This document shows positions 42,405-56,614 of a DNA stretch of 64,000 bases, one piece after another. A program made the position numbers and the translations under genes. Source of the stretch: Eledone cirrhosa (Eukaryota). The stretch is from contig OZ024742.1 of assembly GCA_964016885.1 (NCBI GenBank), positions 64,108,001-64,172,000 of the forward strand, given 5' to 3'. The notes under the pieces are model-generated. The model was given only the letters and a program-made list of their open reading frames with translations. It ran no database searches and had not been told where the DNA came from. Each line of letters begins with the position of its first letter. The first letter of the stretch is position 1.

Positions 42405-42949
42405 GTTTATGACAGCTATTCCACTATGTTATATATTTAATGTCTTAGTTTATGACAGCTATTCCACTATGTTATATATTTAATGTCTTAGTTTATGACA
42501 GCTATTCCACTATGTCATATATTTAATATCTTAGTTTATGACAGTTATTCCACTATGTCATATATTTAATGTCTTAGTTTATGACAGCTATTCCACTATG
42601 TCATATATTTAATATCTTAGTTTATGACAGCTATTCCACTATGTCATATATTTAATATCTTAGTTTATGACAGTTATTCCACTATGTCATATATTTAATG
42701 TCTTAGTTTATGACAGCTATTCCACTATGTCATATATTTAATATCTTAGTTTATGACAGCTATTCCACTATGTCATATATTTAATATCTTAGTTTATGAC
42801 AGTTATTCCACTATGTCATATATTTAATATCTTAGTTTATGACAGCTATTCCACTATGTCATATATTTAATATCTTAGTTTATGACAGCTATTCCTCTAT
42901 GTCATATATTTAATATCTTTATGACAGCTATTCCACTATGTTATATTTT
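42405..42949. repeat. 43-bp minisatellite, about 12-13 copies
   Basis: Unit ttagtttatgacagctattccactatgtcatatatttaatatc. Confidence 0.95.
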
Positions 42950-43304
42950 AAAACTTTACTTGCTTTCTTGTCTCAATGTTTTAATATCCTACATTATGTC
43001 TTTAGGGTGAGGAAAAGTACATTTGCAGCACTAACTGTGGAATGTGTATGTATGTATGTATGTATGCATACATGTATGCATGTAATGTATGTATGTATAT
43101 GTATGTATGTATGTATATATGTATGAATGCATGTATGTATTTATGTATGTATGTATACACACACACACATATATATATATATGTGTGTGTGTATATGATG
43201 ATGATGATGATGATGATAGTAATAATAATAAATTTGAAGACTAAAATCCAAAGAGGGCTCGATAAGGATAAATATATATCAAATATATAAGAACCGTAGA
43301 GCAA

Positions 43305-43438
43305 ATATTTATTAAATAAACAGATTAAAGTTTAAGCAAAGAATGGCTGCTTACGGGATCTTCTGAAACTCAGTTTCAGAAGATCCCGTTAAGGGTGAAA
43401 GCAGCGATTCTTTGCTTAAACTTTAATCTATTATTTTA

Positions 43439-43446
<8 letters not shown>
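43305..43446. repeat. Tail-out palindrome abutting (TA)n
   Basis: Arms meet at ctgaaact|c|agtttcag; a single-arm copy lies at 5893-5962. Confidence 0.75.
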
Positions 43447-43474
<28 letters not shown>

Positions 43475-45399
43475 ACATGCTCACACACACACTTTAATCT
43501 GTGTGTGTACATTTAAACAATTGATGCACCTGCTGAATAAGCAGTGTTTTTTTTTCATCTATATATGTATATGTATGTATATGTATGTATGTGTATATGT
43601 GCCTGTATATGTGTGTGCTTGCCTGTGTATATGCATGTGTATATGTGCGTATATATGTGTATATGGGTTGGGGGCTGTGTTCACTAAACCAGTAATTCAG
43701 TGTCGATACTCTATTAAATACATTCAACAGGTATAATCCTCTCCTGCTTCTCCCCATCTTGTTAATCTTATTAATAAAGATTATCCAACAATACAGAAAT
43801 TACAAATCTATTCAGAAGGCTGCCACACATCCTATACACAAAGCACAGAACAAACAGCTTTGTCAGGCAGCAAGTTCCCAAATATGCTGGCAGGCAGGAA
43901 ACTTTCTTGTAATAATGGTTTCTGATTTAGGCACAAAGCCAACCCATTTTGTTTTTCGGTGGGGGTCAATTAAATCAACTCCAGTGTGTTACTGGTACTT
44001 TATTTTACCTCCACTCTGTAAGGATGAAAGCAAAGCTAACCTTTGCAGGATTTAACTCAGACCCTAAAGATTCTGAATTCAAACTTATTTTTATAATAAT
44101 TGTTTCTACTTTTGGCACAAGGCCAGCAATTATCCAGTGCATTACTGGTTCTTTATTTTATCTACCCCGTAAGGATGAAAGGCAAAGTTAACCTTGGCAG
44201 GATTTGAACTCAGACTGTAAAGACATGTAACTATGCTGGAAAGCATGGCATCCGACCTTCTACTGATACTGCCAATCCCCCGCCCTTTAATAAAAAGACA
44301 AAAGCTTGCTTGGTACAGACATCTATCTTGCTATGAGTACCTGTCCAAAACAGTTGGGTACATTTGAAGAAAGGTGAAGAAAAGGCAGACAAAGAAAATC
44401 CTGGTCTCACATCAAGGACTGGACAGATTTTAACACTGCATTCATTTGGTATAATGGAGGAAAGAAACCAATGGTGATTGCTGACTGTCAGTGCTGGTCT
44501 GACAACATCAATGACTGGACAGGTCATAACACGATGACACAAGACTGTATATGGCACAAGACAGAAATCAGTGCTGATTGCTAACTGCTAGAGCTAGTCT
44601 GACAAGATCAATAACTGGGCAGGTTTCGAAACTGTGACTCTTCAGTGTAAAAAAAAGAAGATAGAAACTAATTGTGATTGCTAACTGCCAGAGCATCTAA
44701 AATGGTCAGCCTCAACAACTTGTTGCACTTGCTGAAGGAGGGCGAAAAACTTGATTTAGAGTATTTAAAGACAACATATGAGGTCGTCAATTCTCTGATA
44801 ACAGAACAAGGACTGATCTACAGGCTTAACTACTCTGAGTAGCAGTGCATGGGAGTGGGGTGGGTCATTAACTAATTCTGAGCTACACACAGACATCAAC
44901 TATCCAGACAGAATCTCAACTAGCTTCCCTACCTACAATCAATATGTCTATTAGTACAATTCTAATAGTAACAGAGGTGCATGTGGGTGGGTGTGGCCGT
45001 CTATGTGTGGCTCTGGGTGTGTGGGTGTTTGTGGTTGTAGATGTGCGAAGGGTGTCATGTGGCAGGGTAGTGAGTGTCGGGGTGGGGTGGGGTGGGGTGG
45101 GGGTGGGGGTTAACAACAACTACAACAGTCAAAACCTTTGTTGAAAGTGCAGCCGCATAAGAATACACCACCTCTCTGTCTTTCTATCTATCTTTCTTTC
45201 TCTCTCTCTAATAACTCATCCACTCTCTCTCCCATTCTCCCCCTCTCTTTCTAACTCTCTCTTACCCCTCTCTCACTCTTTTGTTTTATCTGTGACTCAT
45301 TTAACTCAAATGCTATGGTTGTCCATAGCAACAGGTCTGGTCATCATCGATACGTTGATTGAAGATGGTGGTGTTGATTTAGGTGTTGCTGACGTTGAT

Positions 45400-46644
45400 G
45401 TTGATGGTGGTGGTAGTAGTGGTAGTAGTAATGTTGTTGTTGGTGGTGGTGGGATTGGTAGTGTTGTTGTTGTTGTTGTTGTCGTGATGGTAATGGTGGT
45501 GGTGATGATGATGGTGTTGGTGGTGTAGGTGGTGGTGGTGGTGGTGGTGGTATTGGTAGTGTTGTTGTTGTGATTGTAATGGTGGTAGTGTTGTTGTTGT
45601 GATTGTAATGGTGGTGGTGACGATGATGGTGTTAGTGGTGGTGGTGGTGGTGGTGGTGGTGGTGGTGGTGGTGGTGGTAGTGTTGTTGTTGTGATGGTAA
45701 TGGTGGTGGTGACGATGATGGTGTTAGTGGTGGTGGTGGTGGTGGTGGTGGTGGTGGTAGTGTTGTTGTTGTGATGGTAATGGTGGTGGTGACGATGATG
45801 GTGTTAGTGGTGGTGGTGGTGGTGGTGGTGGTGGTGGTGGTGGTGGTAGTGTTGTTGTTGTGATGGTAATGGTGGTGGTGACGATGATGGTGTTAGTGGT
45901 GGTGGTAGTGGTGGTATTGGTAGTGTTGTTGTTGTGATTGTAATGGTGGTGGTGGTGGTGGTGGTGGTGTTGTTGTCGTGATGGTAATGGTGGTGGTGAT
46001 GATGATGGTGTTGGTGGTGTAGGTGGTGGTGGTGGTGGTATTGGTAGTGTTGTTGTTGTGATTGTAATGGTGGTAGTGTTGTTGTTGTGATTGTAATGGT
46101 GGTGGTGACGATGATGGTGTTAGTGGTGGTGGTGGTGGTGGTGGTGGTGGTGGTGGTGGTGGTGGTGGTAGTGTTGTTGTTGTGATTGTAATGGTGGTGG
46201 TGACGATGATGGTGTTAGTGGTGGTGGTGGTGGTGGTGGTGGTGGTGGTGGTGGTGGTGGTAGTGTTGTTGTTGTGATGGTAATGGTGGTGGTGACGATG
46301 ATGGTGTTAGTGGTGGTGGTGGTGGTGGTGGTGGTGGTGGTGGTGGTGGTAGTGTTGTTGTTGTGATGGTAATGGTGGTGGTGACGATGATGGTGTTAGT
46401 GGTGGTGGTGGTGGTGGTGGTGGTGGTGGTGGTGGTGGTGGTAGTGTTGTTGTTGTGATGGTAATGGTGGTGGTGACGATGATGGTGTTAGTGGTGGTGT
46501 TGGTGGTGGTGGTGGTATTGGTAGTGTTGTTGTTGTGATTGTAATGGTGGTGGTGACGATGATGGTGTTAGTGGTGGTGGTAGTGGTGGTGGTGGTGGTG
46601 GTAGTGTTGTTGTTGTGATTGTAATAGTGGTGGTGGTGGTGGTA

Positions 46645-46650
<6 letters not shown>
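45400..46650. repeat. (GGT)n-based higher-order satellite
   Basis: Unit ggtagtgttgttgttgtgatggtaatggtggtggtgacgatgatggtgttagt(ggt)n. Confidence 0.9.
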
Positions 46651-46683
<33 letters not shown>

Positions 46684-46919
46684 GCAGACAAACAAACTGA
46701 CTGGTGAAGTTGATGCTATTAATGTCCTGTTTAACACTTTTGAGACCAACTCCAGATCTGGTTCTATGAAACAAAACCACTTATTTTAGAGGGTTCCAAT
46801 ATAATTTTATATTTAACAATACATTAACTCTTTTGATATCAACCCAGATGAGGGGGTGGCGGTGGGGTGGGGGTGGGGTGGCGGTGGGTGGGCGCTGAGG
46901 TGGGGGATATATAGATTAA

Positions 46920-47730
<811 letters not shown>

Positions 47731-47814
47731 AGTTCTAGAACTGGCAATAGGTGTCAACGGAGAAGACTATAAATAACAGTTGAAATATAGAGATATTTTA
47801 ATGGTAATGTTAAA

Positions 47815-48003
47815 AATAATTGTTTCTACTTTTGGCACAAGGCCAGCAATTACTCAGTGTATTACTGGTACTTTATTTTATCGACCCCCGTTAGGATGAA
47901 AGGCAGAGTTAACCTCGGCGGGATTTGAACTCAGAATGGAAAGGATCGTAACTCTATGCTGGAAAGCATGGCGTCCGACCCTCTACAGATACTGCCAATC
48001 CAC
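47815..48003 (-). mobile_element. tRNA-derived SINE
   Basis: Same family as 33293-33488 and 44098-44285. Confidence 0.85.
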
Positions 48004-48039
48004 TGGTAATGTTAAACATAATGTTTTTGGATGGTGGTG

Positions 48040-48400
48040 TTGTGGTGTGGTGTTGTGGTGAGAGTGGGGTGTTGTGGGATGGATTGGGTATGGTGTTGTG
48101 TGGTGTTGTGGTGAGAGTGGGGTGTTGTGGGATGGATTGGGTATGGTGTTGTGTGGTGTGGTGTTGTGGTGAGAGTGGGGTGTTGTGGGATGGATTGGGT
48201 ATGGTGTTGTGTGGTGTGGTGTTGTGGTGAGAGTGAGGTGTTGTGGGATGGATTGGGTATGGTGTTGTGTGGTGTTGTGGTGAGAGTGGAGTGTTGTGGG
48301 ATGGATTGGGTATGGTGCTGTGTGGTGTTGTGGTGAGAGTGGGGTGTTGTGGGATGGATTGGGTATGGTGTTGTGTGATGTGGTGGTGAGAGTGGGGTGT
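48040..48400. repeat. 53-58-bp GT-rich minisatellite
   Basis: About six copies of gtgttgtggtgagagtggggtgttgtgggatggattgggtatg... Confidence 0.85.
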
Positions 48401-50983
48401 GTGAGTGTGGTGGGTGGGGCAGTGTTGTGGTGTGATGGGATGTGATGGTGTGTTGTGACATGGACTGTGGTGTTGTGTGGTGTGGTGTGGTATGGTGGGT
48501 GGGATGTTGTGTGATTTGGTGGCGCAGTGGTGGTGTGATGATGTGTGGTGGGGTGGGGTGGGGTGACATGGACTGTGGTGTTGTGTGATGTGGGTGTGTG
48601 GGTGTGTGGTGGATGGGACAGTGGTGGTGTGTGGTGTGGTGTGTTGGCGTGTTGTGAGGTGGGATGGGGTGTTGTGATATAGACTGTGGTTTTGTGTGAT
48701 GTGGTGTTGTGTGATGTGGGTGTGTAGAGGTGGTATGGAAGGTGTGGAAGGGTGTGGAGGGGTGTGGAGGGCGGGTGGGTGGTGGGTGAAGGGTGGGGTG
48801 GGATGGGTGTAGAGGGCGTGTGGGTGTGGAGGGTGTGGTGTGTGTGTGTGTGGGGGGGGGGGGTTAGTTGTATAGTAAGCAGGGATGTGGGATATGGAGT
48901 GGTGTGATGTAGTGTGAGGTAGAGTGATGTGGCATATTCATCTCTTCCTCAAGTATTTAGTTATGGCCCATCACATTCTGATTTCAAATCTCTCCTAACT
49001 CACCTTTGCTTTTCATCCTTCCCATGGCTGATAAAATATTTGCTTCTACCTTTGGCACAATGGTTGGTATTAGGAAGGGCATCCAGCTGTAGAAACTCTC
49101 CTATATGAACGAGACATGGTCACCCAACCCAACTTGCTTCTAATTGGGACAAACCCATCTAACCCATGCTAGCGTGGAAAATAGACATTAATCGATGATG
49201 ATGATGATTATGAGGGAAGTCGATTAAATCGACTCCAGTGTTAAATTAAATCGACTGGTGCTTATCGACCCCGTAAGGATAAAAGGCAAAGCTAACCTTG
49301 GTGGGATTTGAACTCAGAATGTAATAGGCCATAACACTTACGCCACAGAGCATTTTGTCTTAAGCTCTACCAACCAGTTAAGCGCTTGCATTTATGTGAG
49401 CAAAGCATGGGTGATGAATGTGAAGAAGACTGGAAAGAATAGAAATAAGAATGGTCTGATGGATCCAGAATGGAGTATCCCTGAGAAAAAGGTAGATGAA
49501 AATAGAACCAATGATGAATGTTGTAAAAAGAAATGAAATGAGATGGTTAGGTCATGTGTTGAGGAATGATAAAAGTTACTAGGTGGGAGGAGTGAAGGGA
49601 ATGAATGTGGAAGGAAATAGAAGGGGAAGACCAAGATAGACATGGCTGAGGTTGAGGAATAGGGAAAGGAAAGCTAGGGGCTTAGTGACTGGGGATGCAG
49701 ATAATAGGGCAAAATGAATACACTTGTCTTGCCCAAACGAATGCTAACCCCTGCTTTAGCAAGGAAATAGCATTAAAATGTTTGTTGTTGTTTTTGTTGT
49801 AATTAAGTGCTAGGGTCGATTGAATTGCTCCTTTTCTTCCCTCAAAAATGTGTACCCTTGTGTTTTTGATATAATTCATTATTATTCCAAGTGGTTATAG
49901 TGAAAGAGGTTGTGCGGTGGATAACACTGAAAGGATTGAAGACAGGCACATTCCTCTTCTGTTAAGCTCTCACCAATGTTTTCAAGTTTGCAAAGGAATG
50001 TGAGGGTAAAGAGGGAAGTGTTCTTCCCAGTAAATTTATCAAAAGGTGGGTGAAAGTAGTGAAAATGGCGAGATTGAATGAGTCTATTCTCAGCTTGTGT
50101 ATGTAGGTCAGACAACATTTGGAAGAGAGCCTTCGCTCTTTATGGTCAAGGTGATTGTAGATCTGTGAAGTTGCTTATTCAGCCTTAGATATTCAGCTCT
50201 CTGTACCAGAAAGACTGAATGCCTTATATAATTGTAAACTAAGTATACCTAACTTGTATACTATATATACTTGTTACACATGTTCTCATTAACGTTACAA
50301 CTTGTTTTTGTAATATCTCCTTCATCCAGTGGCGTAACTAGGCTATGGCACATGCCATGGGCGCCACATGAAGGCCGCACCACTTGGACTACAAATACAT
50401 TCTATTAAAGTCAAATAAGCCTATACGGAAAGTGAAAAAAGAAACTACTTCAGATGTATGATCTGTCTTTGATTATCATGAGTGAGAAGCACTATAGTGG
50501 CTGGATCATTAAACCATTTCTATAAATTATTAGGCCCATGGGTAAAAATACCATGCTGGGCAGGGGCACAATTTCACTGCTTTCCATAGGCACTATTTTC
50601 CCTAGTTATGCCTCTGCCTTCATCCGATGCCCTTGTGGAAAATAAAAGAAATTGCAAAAATGGCAACAAGTCTATGTTGTCTCCATTCAAGACACTGTGA
50701 CCCAATGATTGAAAAGAAGAAAGAGCAATGCCAGAAGAAGGACCAGGGCAAGTGGATGAAAGGTGTGATAATAAAGAAATCATTGCTATTATTATTATTA
50801 TTATTATTTTTAGAGTTACGGCCCTTTACAGTCTGAGTTCAATTCCTGTCGAGGTTAACTTTACCTTTCATCCTTACGGGGTCGATTAAATAAAGTACCA
50901 GTAATGTACTGGGTATTTGCTGGTCTTGTGCCTAAAGTAGAAACAATTATTATTATTATTATTATTATTATCACACCTGAGAG

Positions 50984-51180
50984 GGCGGTGACTTGGCAGA
51001 ATCATTAGAGGGTCTGACGCCATGCTTTGCAGCATAGAGTTACGGCCCTTTCCATTCTGAGTTCAAATCCCGCCGAGGTTAACTTTGCCTTTCATCCTTA
51101 CGGGGTCGATAAAATAAAGTACCAGTAATGCACTGGGTAATTGCTGGCCTTGTGCCAAAAGTAGAAACAATTATTATTAT
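50984..51180 (+). mobile_element. Full tRNA-derived octopus-type SINE
   Basis: ggcggtgacttggcagaatc (A box), gagttcaaatcc (B box), gcctttcatccttacggggtcgataaa core, (ATT)n tail; ttattatcacacct repeated on both sides. Confidence 0.88.
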
Positions 51181-51962
51181 CACACCTCTCATCCACATGA
51201 CCTGGTCCTTCGTCTGTCATTAACCAGTCACTGGGTCACAGTGTCTTGAATGGAGTCAACATAGAATTGTTGTTGTGATTGTTGTTATTATCGTTGTTGT
51301 TGTGTTTATTGTTGTTATTGTTGCTGCTGAAATTGCTTACATTATGCTATACCAATGTGTCTCTCACTTTCTCTCCCCTCTCTCTTTCCACTCTCTTTCT
51401 TCTCTCCCTTCCCCTCTCTCTCCTCTTTCTTCTCTCTCTCTCCTCTCTCTCTCTCCTCTGTCTTTCCACTCTCTTTCTTCTCTCTCTCCCCTCTTTCTTC
51501 TTTCTCTTTCTCTCTCACTCTCCTCTTACTTTATCTCCCCTCTATCTCACTCCCTCTCTCTATCCCTCTCTCTCTCTCTCAATCCCTCTGCAACACAGCT
51601 CTGACTCATCCTTTCTCTCCCATTAATCGTCTTTTCATTACATCGCCCCCTCGCCCCCTCCCCCTCCCACCACCACCACCACCACCACCACCACCACCAC
51701 CACCACCACCACCACTACAACTATCACCACCACCACCCCCACTACCACCACCACCACCACCACCACCACCACCACCATCCACTCATTGCACACACCTCCA
51801 CTATCTACTCATTCAGTCATCTATTGATGGATATCTCTCCTACTCTCTTTATATATATATACATACACACACATACACACACACACACACACACATACAT
51901 ATATATATATAAATAGATACACACACACACACACACACACATACATATATATATATAAATAG

Positions 51963-52066
<104 letters not shown>

Positions 52067-52465
52067 ACCTACACACAAACACACAAACACACACACACCT
52101 ACCCACCTTCCACACAAACAAACACACATATATAACTCTGACTTTCACTCTCAGCAAATATGTTACCATGACAACCCTAAGAAATCTCATGATAGTTATG
52201 AATCCCTCATTTGATGGCAAAATTAGATCATATAACAAGGATTTCTTATGTAATAATAATGATGTTTTATAATTTAGACACAAGGCCAGTAATTCTGTAG
52301 GTGAGGAGAGTTGATTGGCTTTTCATTTTATTGACCCTGGAAGGATGAAAGGCTACAATGGTCTCAGTGGGATTTGAACTCAGAAAGTAAAGACCCAGGG
52401 CAAATACTGTTAAGCATTTGTCCAGTAATGATAATAATGATGATGATGATAATAATGATAATAAT

Positions 52466-52905
52466 AATTGTCTCTAATTTTGACACAAGGCCAGCAATTA
52501 CTCAGTACATTACTGGTACTTTATTTTATCGACCCCGTAAGGATGAAAGGCAAAGTTAACCTCGGCGGAATTTGAACTCAGAATGGAAAGGGCCGTAACT
52601 CTATGCATCGAAGCATGGCATCTGACCCTCTACCGATACTGCCAATTCACCGCCCTTTTCGGATTTCTACTAATAATAATAATAACTCTATGCGTCAAAG
52701 CATAGCGTCCGAATGATGGCAATATCGGTAGAGGGTCAGGCGACATGCTTTGACGCATAGAGTTAAGGCCCTTGCCATTCTGAGTTCAAATCCCGCCGAG
52801 GTTAACTTTGCCTTTCATCCTTACATGGTCGATAAAATAAAGTACCAGTAATGCACTGGGTAATTGCTGGCCTTGTGCCAAAAGTAGAAACAATTATTAT
52901 TATTA
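52466..52905. mobile_element. Head-to-head inverted SINE pair
   Basis: Minus copy 52466-52660 and plus copy 52716-52905. Confidence 0.85.
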
Positions 52906-53502
52906 TCATCACCATCACCACCATCATCATTATCATCACCATCATACCCATCATCATCACCTTCATCGTCATCACCATCACCACCATCATCACCATCACC
53001 ACCATCATCATTATCATCATCACCATCATTATCATCACCATCATCGCCATAATCATTATCGTCATCATCATCACCACCGTCATCACCATCACCACCATCA
53101 TCATCATCATCATCACCACCACCACCACCATCACCACCACCAATGTGGTACCTAATAAACCTTTCTGTGGTTCCCTATTTTCGAGGGACCCAGTGACACG
53201 AGGTATCTGTACATTTAATCCTTGAATGTTCTTTGTAGTCTTTTGACTAAGGTTATTCTCAGACCCATAAAAACCTGGTAATAGACCTAGGTCAGATGTA
53301 AAATGTAGGCCTCATTTCCAACTGCTCATTAAGTATATTCGTAATCAGTGCTGAATATATATGATTTATGTATTCAGCATATATATATATCAACAGTTTT
53401 TCAAGAGATGGCAACACGAATGAACCTGTTATTTTTCTCTAAAAACATTTTTTTCCAATTCCACCCTGTCCATCCCTTCAATCTTTCTAATTTCTCATTC
53501 TT

Positions 53503-53538
53503 TCTTCTGATGAAGGACTAATGTCCAAAACGTTAAGA
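53503..53538 (+). ncRNA. Hammerhead motif with core mutation (GAAA to AAAA)
   Basis: ucuu CUGAUGA a-ggac-uaau-gucc aAAA cg UU aaga. Confidence 0.7.
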
Positions 53539-54769
53539 CCCTCTTCCTGCTATTTCAAAGCATTAAACTAATATATTCCTTCCATATACTGTACCGATTG
53601 TATTCTTATTTGTACTGTTATTTGTATATAATGTACTTACAAGTAAAACATGATATACATATATATGGGTTACAGGTATGTATACATGTATATGTAGCAT
53701 ATATAATATATTTGCATGTAACACATAGCTGTATGTGGACACTACAGAGTGTTTATAAAAATAAAGTAAATGGTTCCTTTCTCAGTCCCACTAATGAGTA
53801 TTCCAGTTGTTTGATCAATTGTTCTACCTTATTGTATTGGCATGCAAGTAGCTGAGTATTCCACAACATGATTCTTTAATGTAATCCTCAAGTACAATCA
53901 GCATGCCCCAGTGTACATCAAGGATTGTCCTTTTAATTGTGAGTACAGTCCATCTAATTGGCTTCCAAACAATATCTGTGTACCCATTTACAAAACCCAG
54001 AGAAATGATAAAAATTAAATACTTGTGCAATATTCCATGAAGTGAGACTGAACCCAAGGCCTCATGATTGTGAAACAAACTTTTTAACCACATGTTGAAT
54101 AATGACTTCAAGAAACTGACCCTCATGTAGGAGATGACACAGGACCAAGCTAACTGGCAATACGCCATAATTCAAAAGCTCCTCCCACCAAAATAAGTAC
54201 TGCAACACTAATAGTAAAAGTAAACGTGGTGAAAGACCAGAGACTACAGTGTCTGACAATTGAATGAAGATAATGTAAGATCTAAAACAACTCTTCAGTC
54301 TGGCCTAGCATATGACAACCTCTCTCTAGTGCTAGTGCCATGATACAATGCATGCCGTACACCTTGTAAATTGTTAGTGTTGGTGCCATGGTAAAAGGCA
54401 CCCAGTTCACTCTGTAAGGTGGTAGTGCCTGTGTCACAAAAATGCACCCAGTAAACCCATTAAGGTGGTTGGTGTTAGAAAGGGCATCCAGCTATAGAAA
54501 CCATGCCAAATATGGAACATAACAAGCAAGATGGGTTGCTCTGACCTGTCTGGTATCAGCTTGTGACAGACTATCCACCCATGCCAGCATAGAAAGCAGA
54601 TGTAAAATGATGATGATGATGATGATGATGATGCCTATGCCTGTCCCCAATTACATTACTAGTAGCAGAGTGCAAAGAACTGCCCACTATTATAAAAGTA
54701 AGAATCTTATCGAATATCATAGGTAATTATCAACCATGTAAATTTGAACTGACCTACATCCTTATATAT

Positions 54770-55065
54770 TTGTAATTCATTAGCAATCATTTTATTTGGG
54801 GCAAATTTCCAACACAACCTTGTCACTTCAGCCACAAACCCAGGCTCCTGGAGGAGAGGAAGATAGTCAAATATCTCTTTGCATCAGTCTCCATCGAGAC
54901 CTCTTCTGGCATCCTTGGTCCCTTCACAGCTGATTTCCTCCATAAAGTCAGGAAGACGGTGGTTTACTTAAGGAGGGAGCCCTATGCGGTGGGGTGGCTA
55001 TTGCAGAGGGTGTCTCTGGTCATTCTTCATAGTAACACTTTTGCTGTTTTGTCCACGGGGCAAGA
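54770..55065 (+). mobile_element. CRE-type RLE C-terminal fragment
   Basis: EERKIVKY..VSIETSSGILGPFTADFL...REPYAVGWLLQRVSLVI. Confidence 0.65.
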
Positions 55066-56614
55066 TGGAGGCACCATTCAGACTAGGGTATAGTGAATGT
55101 CCCTCTCCTTCTCCATTTTTGTTGCCACTAAATCCTTCTTTCTTTTTCTCCTTTTCATTTTCTTTTTTCTTCTTCGTTTTCGGTTCCCTTTAGTTGTGTG
55201 TTTGATTTTATTAGATACTACTCAATTATTTTTATATAATGTCAATGGCCTTTCATGAGATTGTGAGGTTTTGTATATTGAATAAATTGTGGAACCCCAC
55301 CACCACCAAAAAAATATATAATGCGAATCTGATGCTGGGTGGCTGGAGAACTAGGTGGCTGGAGGAATCGGTGACTGGAAGGCTGAGTGGATGGCGGGCT
55401 GGTTAACTGGCTGGATGGATGGTTGGCTGGATGCAGAGCAGGGTGGACAGGGAAGGTAGAACAGTCATCATTGGACCCGATGGAGCTCCAATAGTGCCAT
55501 TTTATGTACTTATATCAGATTAGTCTTGGCTGTTTTTAAACTCCCCTTAAACTTTTTTATTACATAAAAAAAAAACATGATCTTGAGTTTAAAAATAAAA
55601 AATAATAAAAAAATTAGTGTAGGGGGTTAAGGAAAGGAGTCAATCATTAAATTGGACCAAGGAAACAATCTTTTTATTGGTCTTTCTATTGCTGATACTA
55701 TTGGCAAGTTGTAAGAAGAAAGGAGCTGGTTATCCGATCAGACCAAGAAAAGAATATTTCCATTGGTTTTTCCGTGTTTTTTTTCCATTGTTAATAATAT
55801 CTGTTAGTCACAACTTCTGACAGAAGAAAGGAGCTGATCATCAGATCAAATCAAGAAAACAATGTTTCTATTGGTTTTTCCATTGCTGACACTATCTGCT
55901 GGTTGCAATCTGTAGCAGAAGTAATTTACTGAAGGTAACACTGCACCACCCAGTATAGGTATTGAACCCATGGTCTTATGCTTGTGAGTCAAACACCCTA
56001 ACTACTAAGCCATATGCTAAATAAATAACTCCCAAAACATCCACACTAACTGATGCCAATTGTAAGCAGGATCATTACAGCATCAGATAAATGCCTTACG
56101 ATGTTTGTTCTATCTCATTGCATACTGAGTTCAAATCCCACTGAGGTCAACTTTGTCTTTCATCCTCCTAGGGTTGATAAATAAAGTACCAGTGTTAGGC
56201 CTAGATTTAGGGTTAGGGTTAGAATAGGGCTAGAGATATGGTTAGGGTTAGCATTAGCGTTTGGGTGGAGCTAGCTGAAATATTTTTTTGGTTTTAAATT
56301 GGAATCAAAATAAATAAATATCCTAGAATCTGAGATAGATGAAGGTTGTAGTAAAGTGTATGTGTATGTGTGCAGAACAATGTGTATAAGTGTACATTAA
56401 TATAAGTATAGTACAGTGTGTGTATGCAGTTAATGAAAGTACAGTGTGTATGTATGTACGCTCAGATAGTAGTCTGTGTGTGTATGTTCAAGATAGAGCA
56501 TGATAATGTTCCTCTTTACTGATTACATCACAGATACAGACTAACTGTCCTAGATTTGTTTCTTATTTCTTGTTGAGCAGCAAAAACCAGAGATAAATCT
56601 TTCAGAAGGTATTC

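Noticed and set aside
44615-44650. CUGAAGA...GAAA on the minus strand
   Set aside because: No stem I or II pairing and no NUH site.
50984-51070. tRNA genes
   Set aside because: The A and B boxes belong to multicopy SINE heads; there is no complete cloverleaf.
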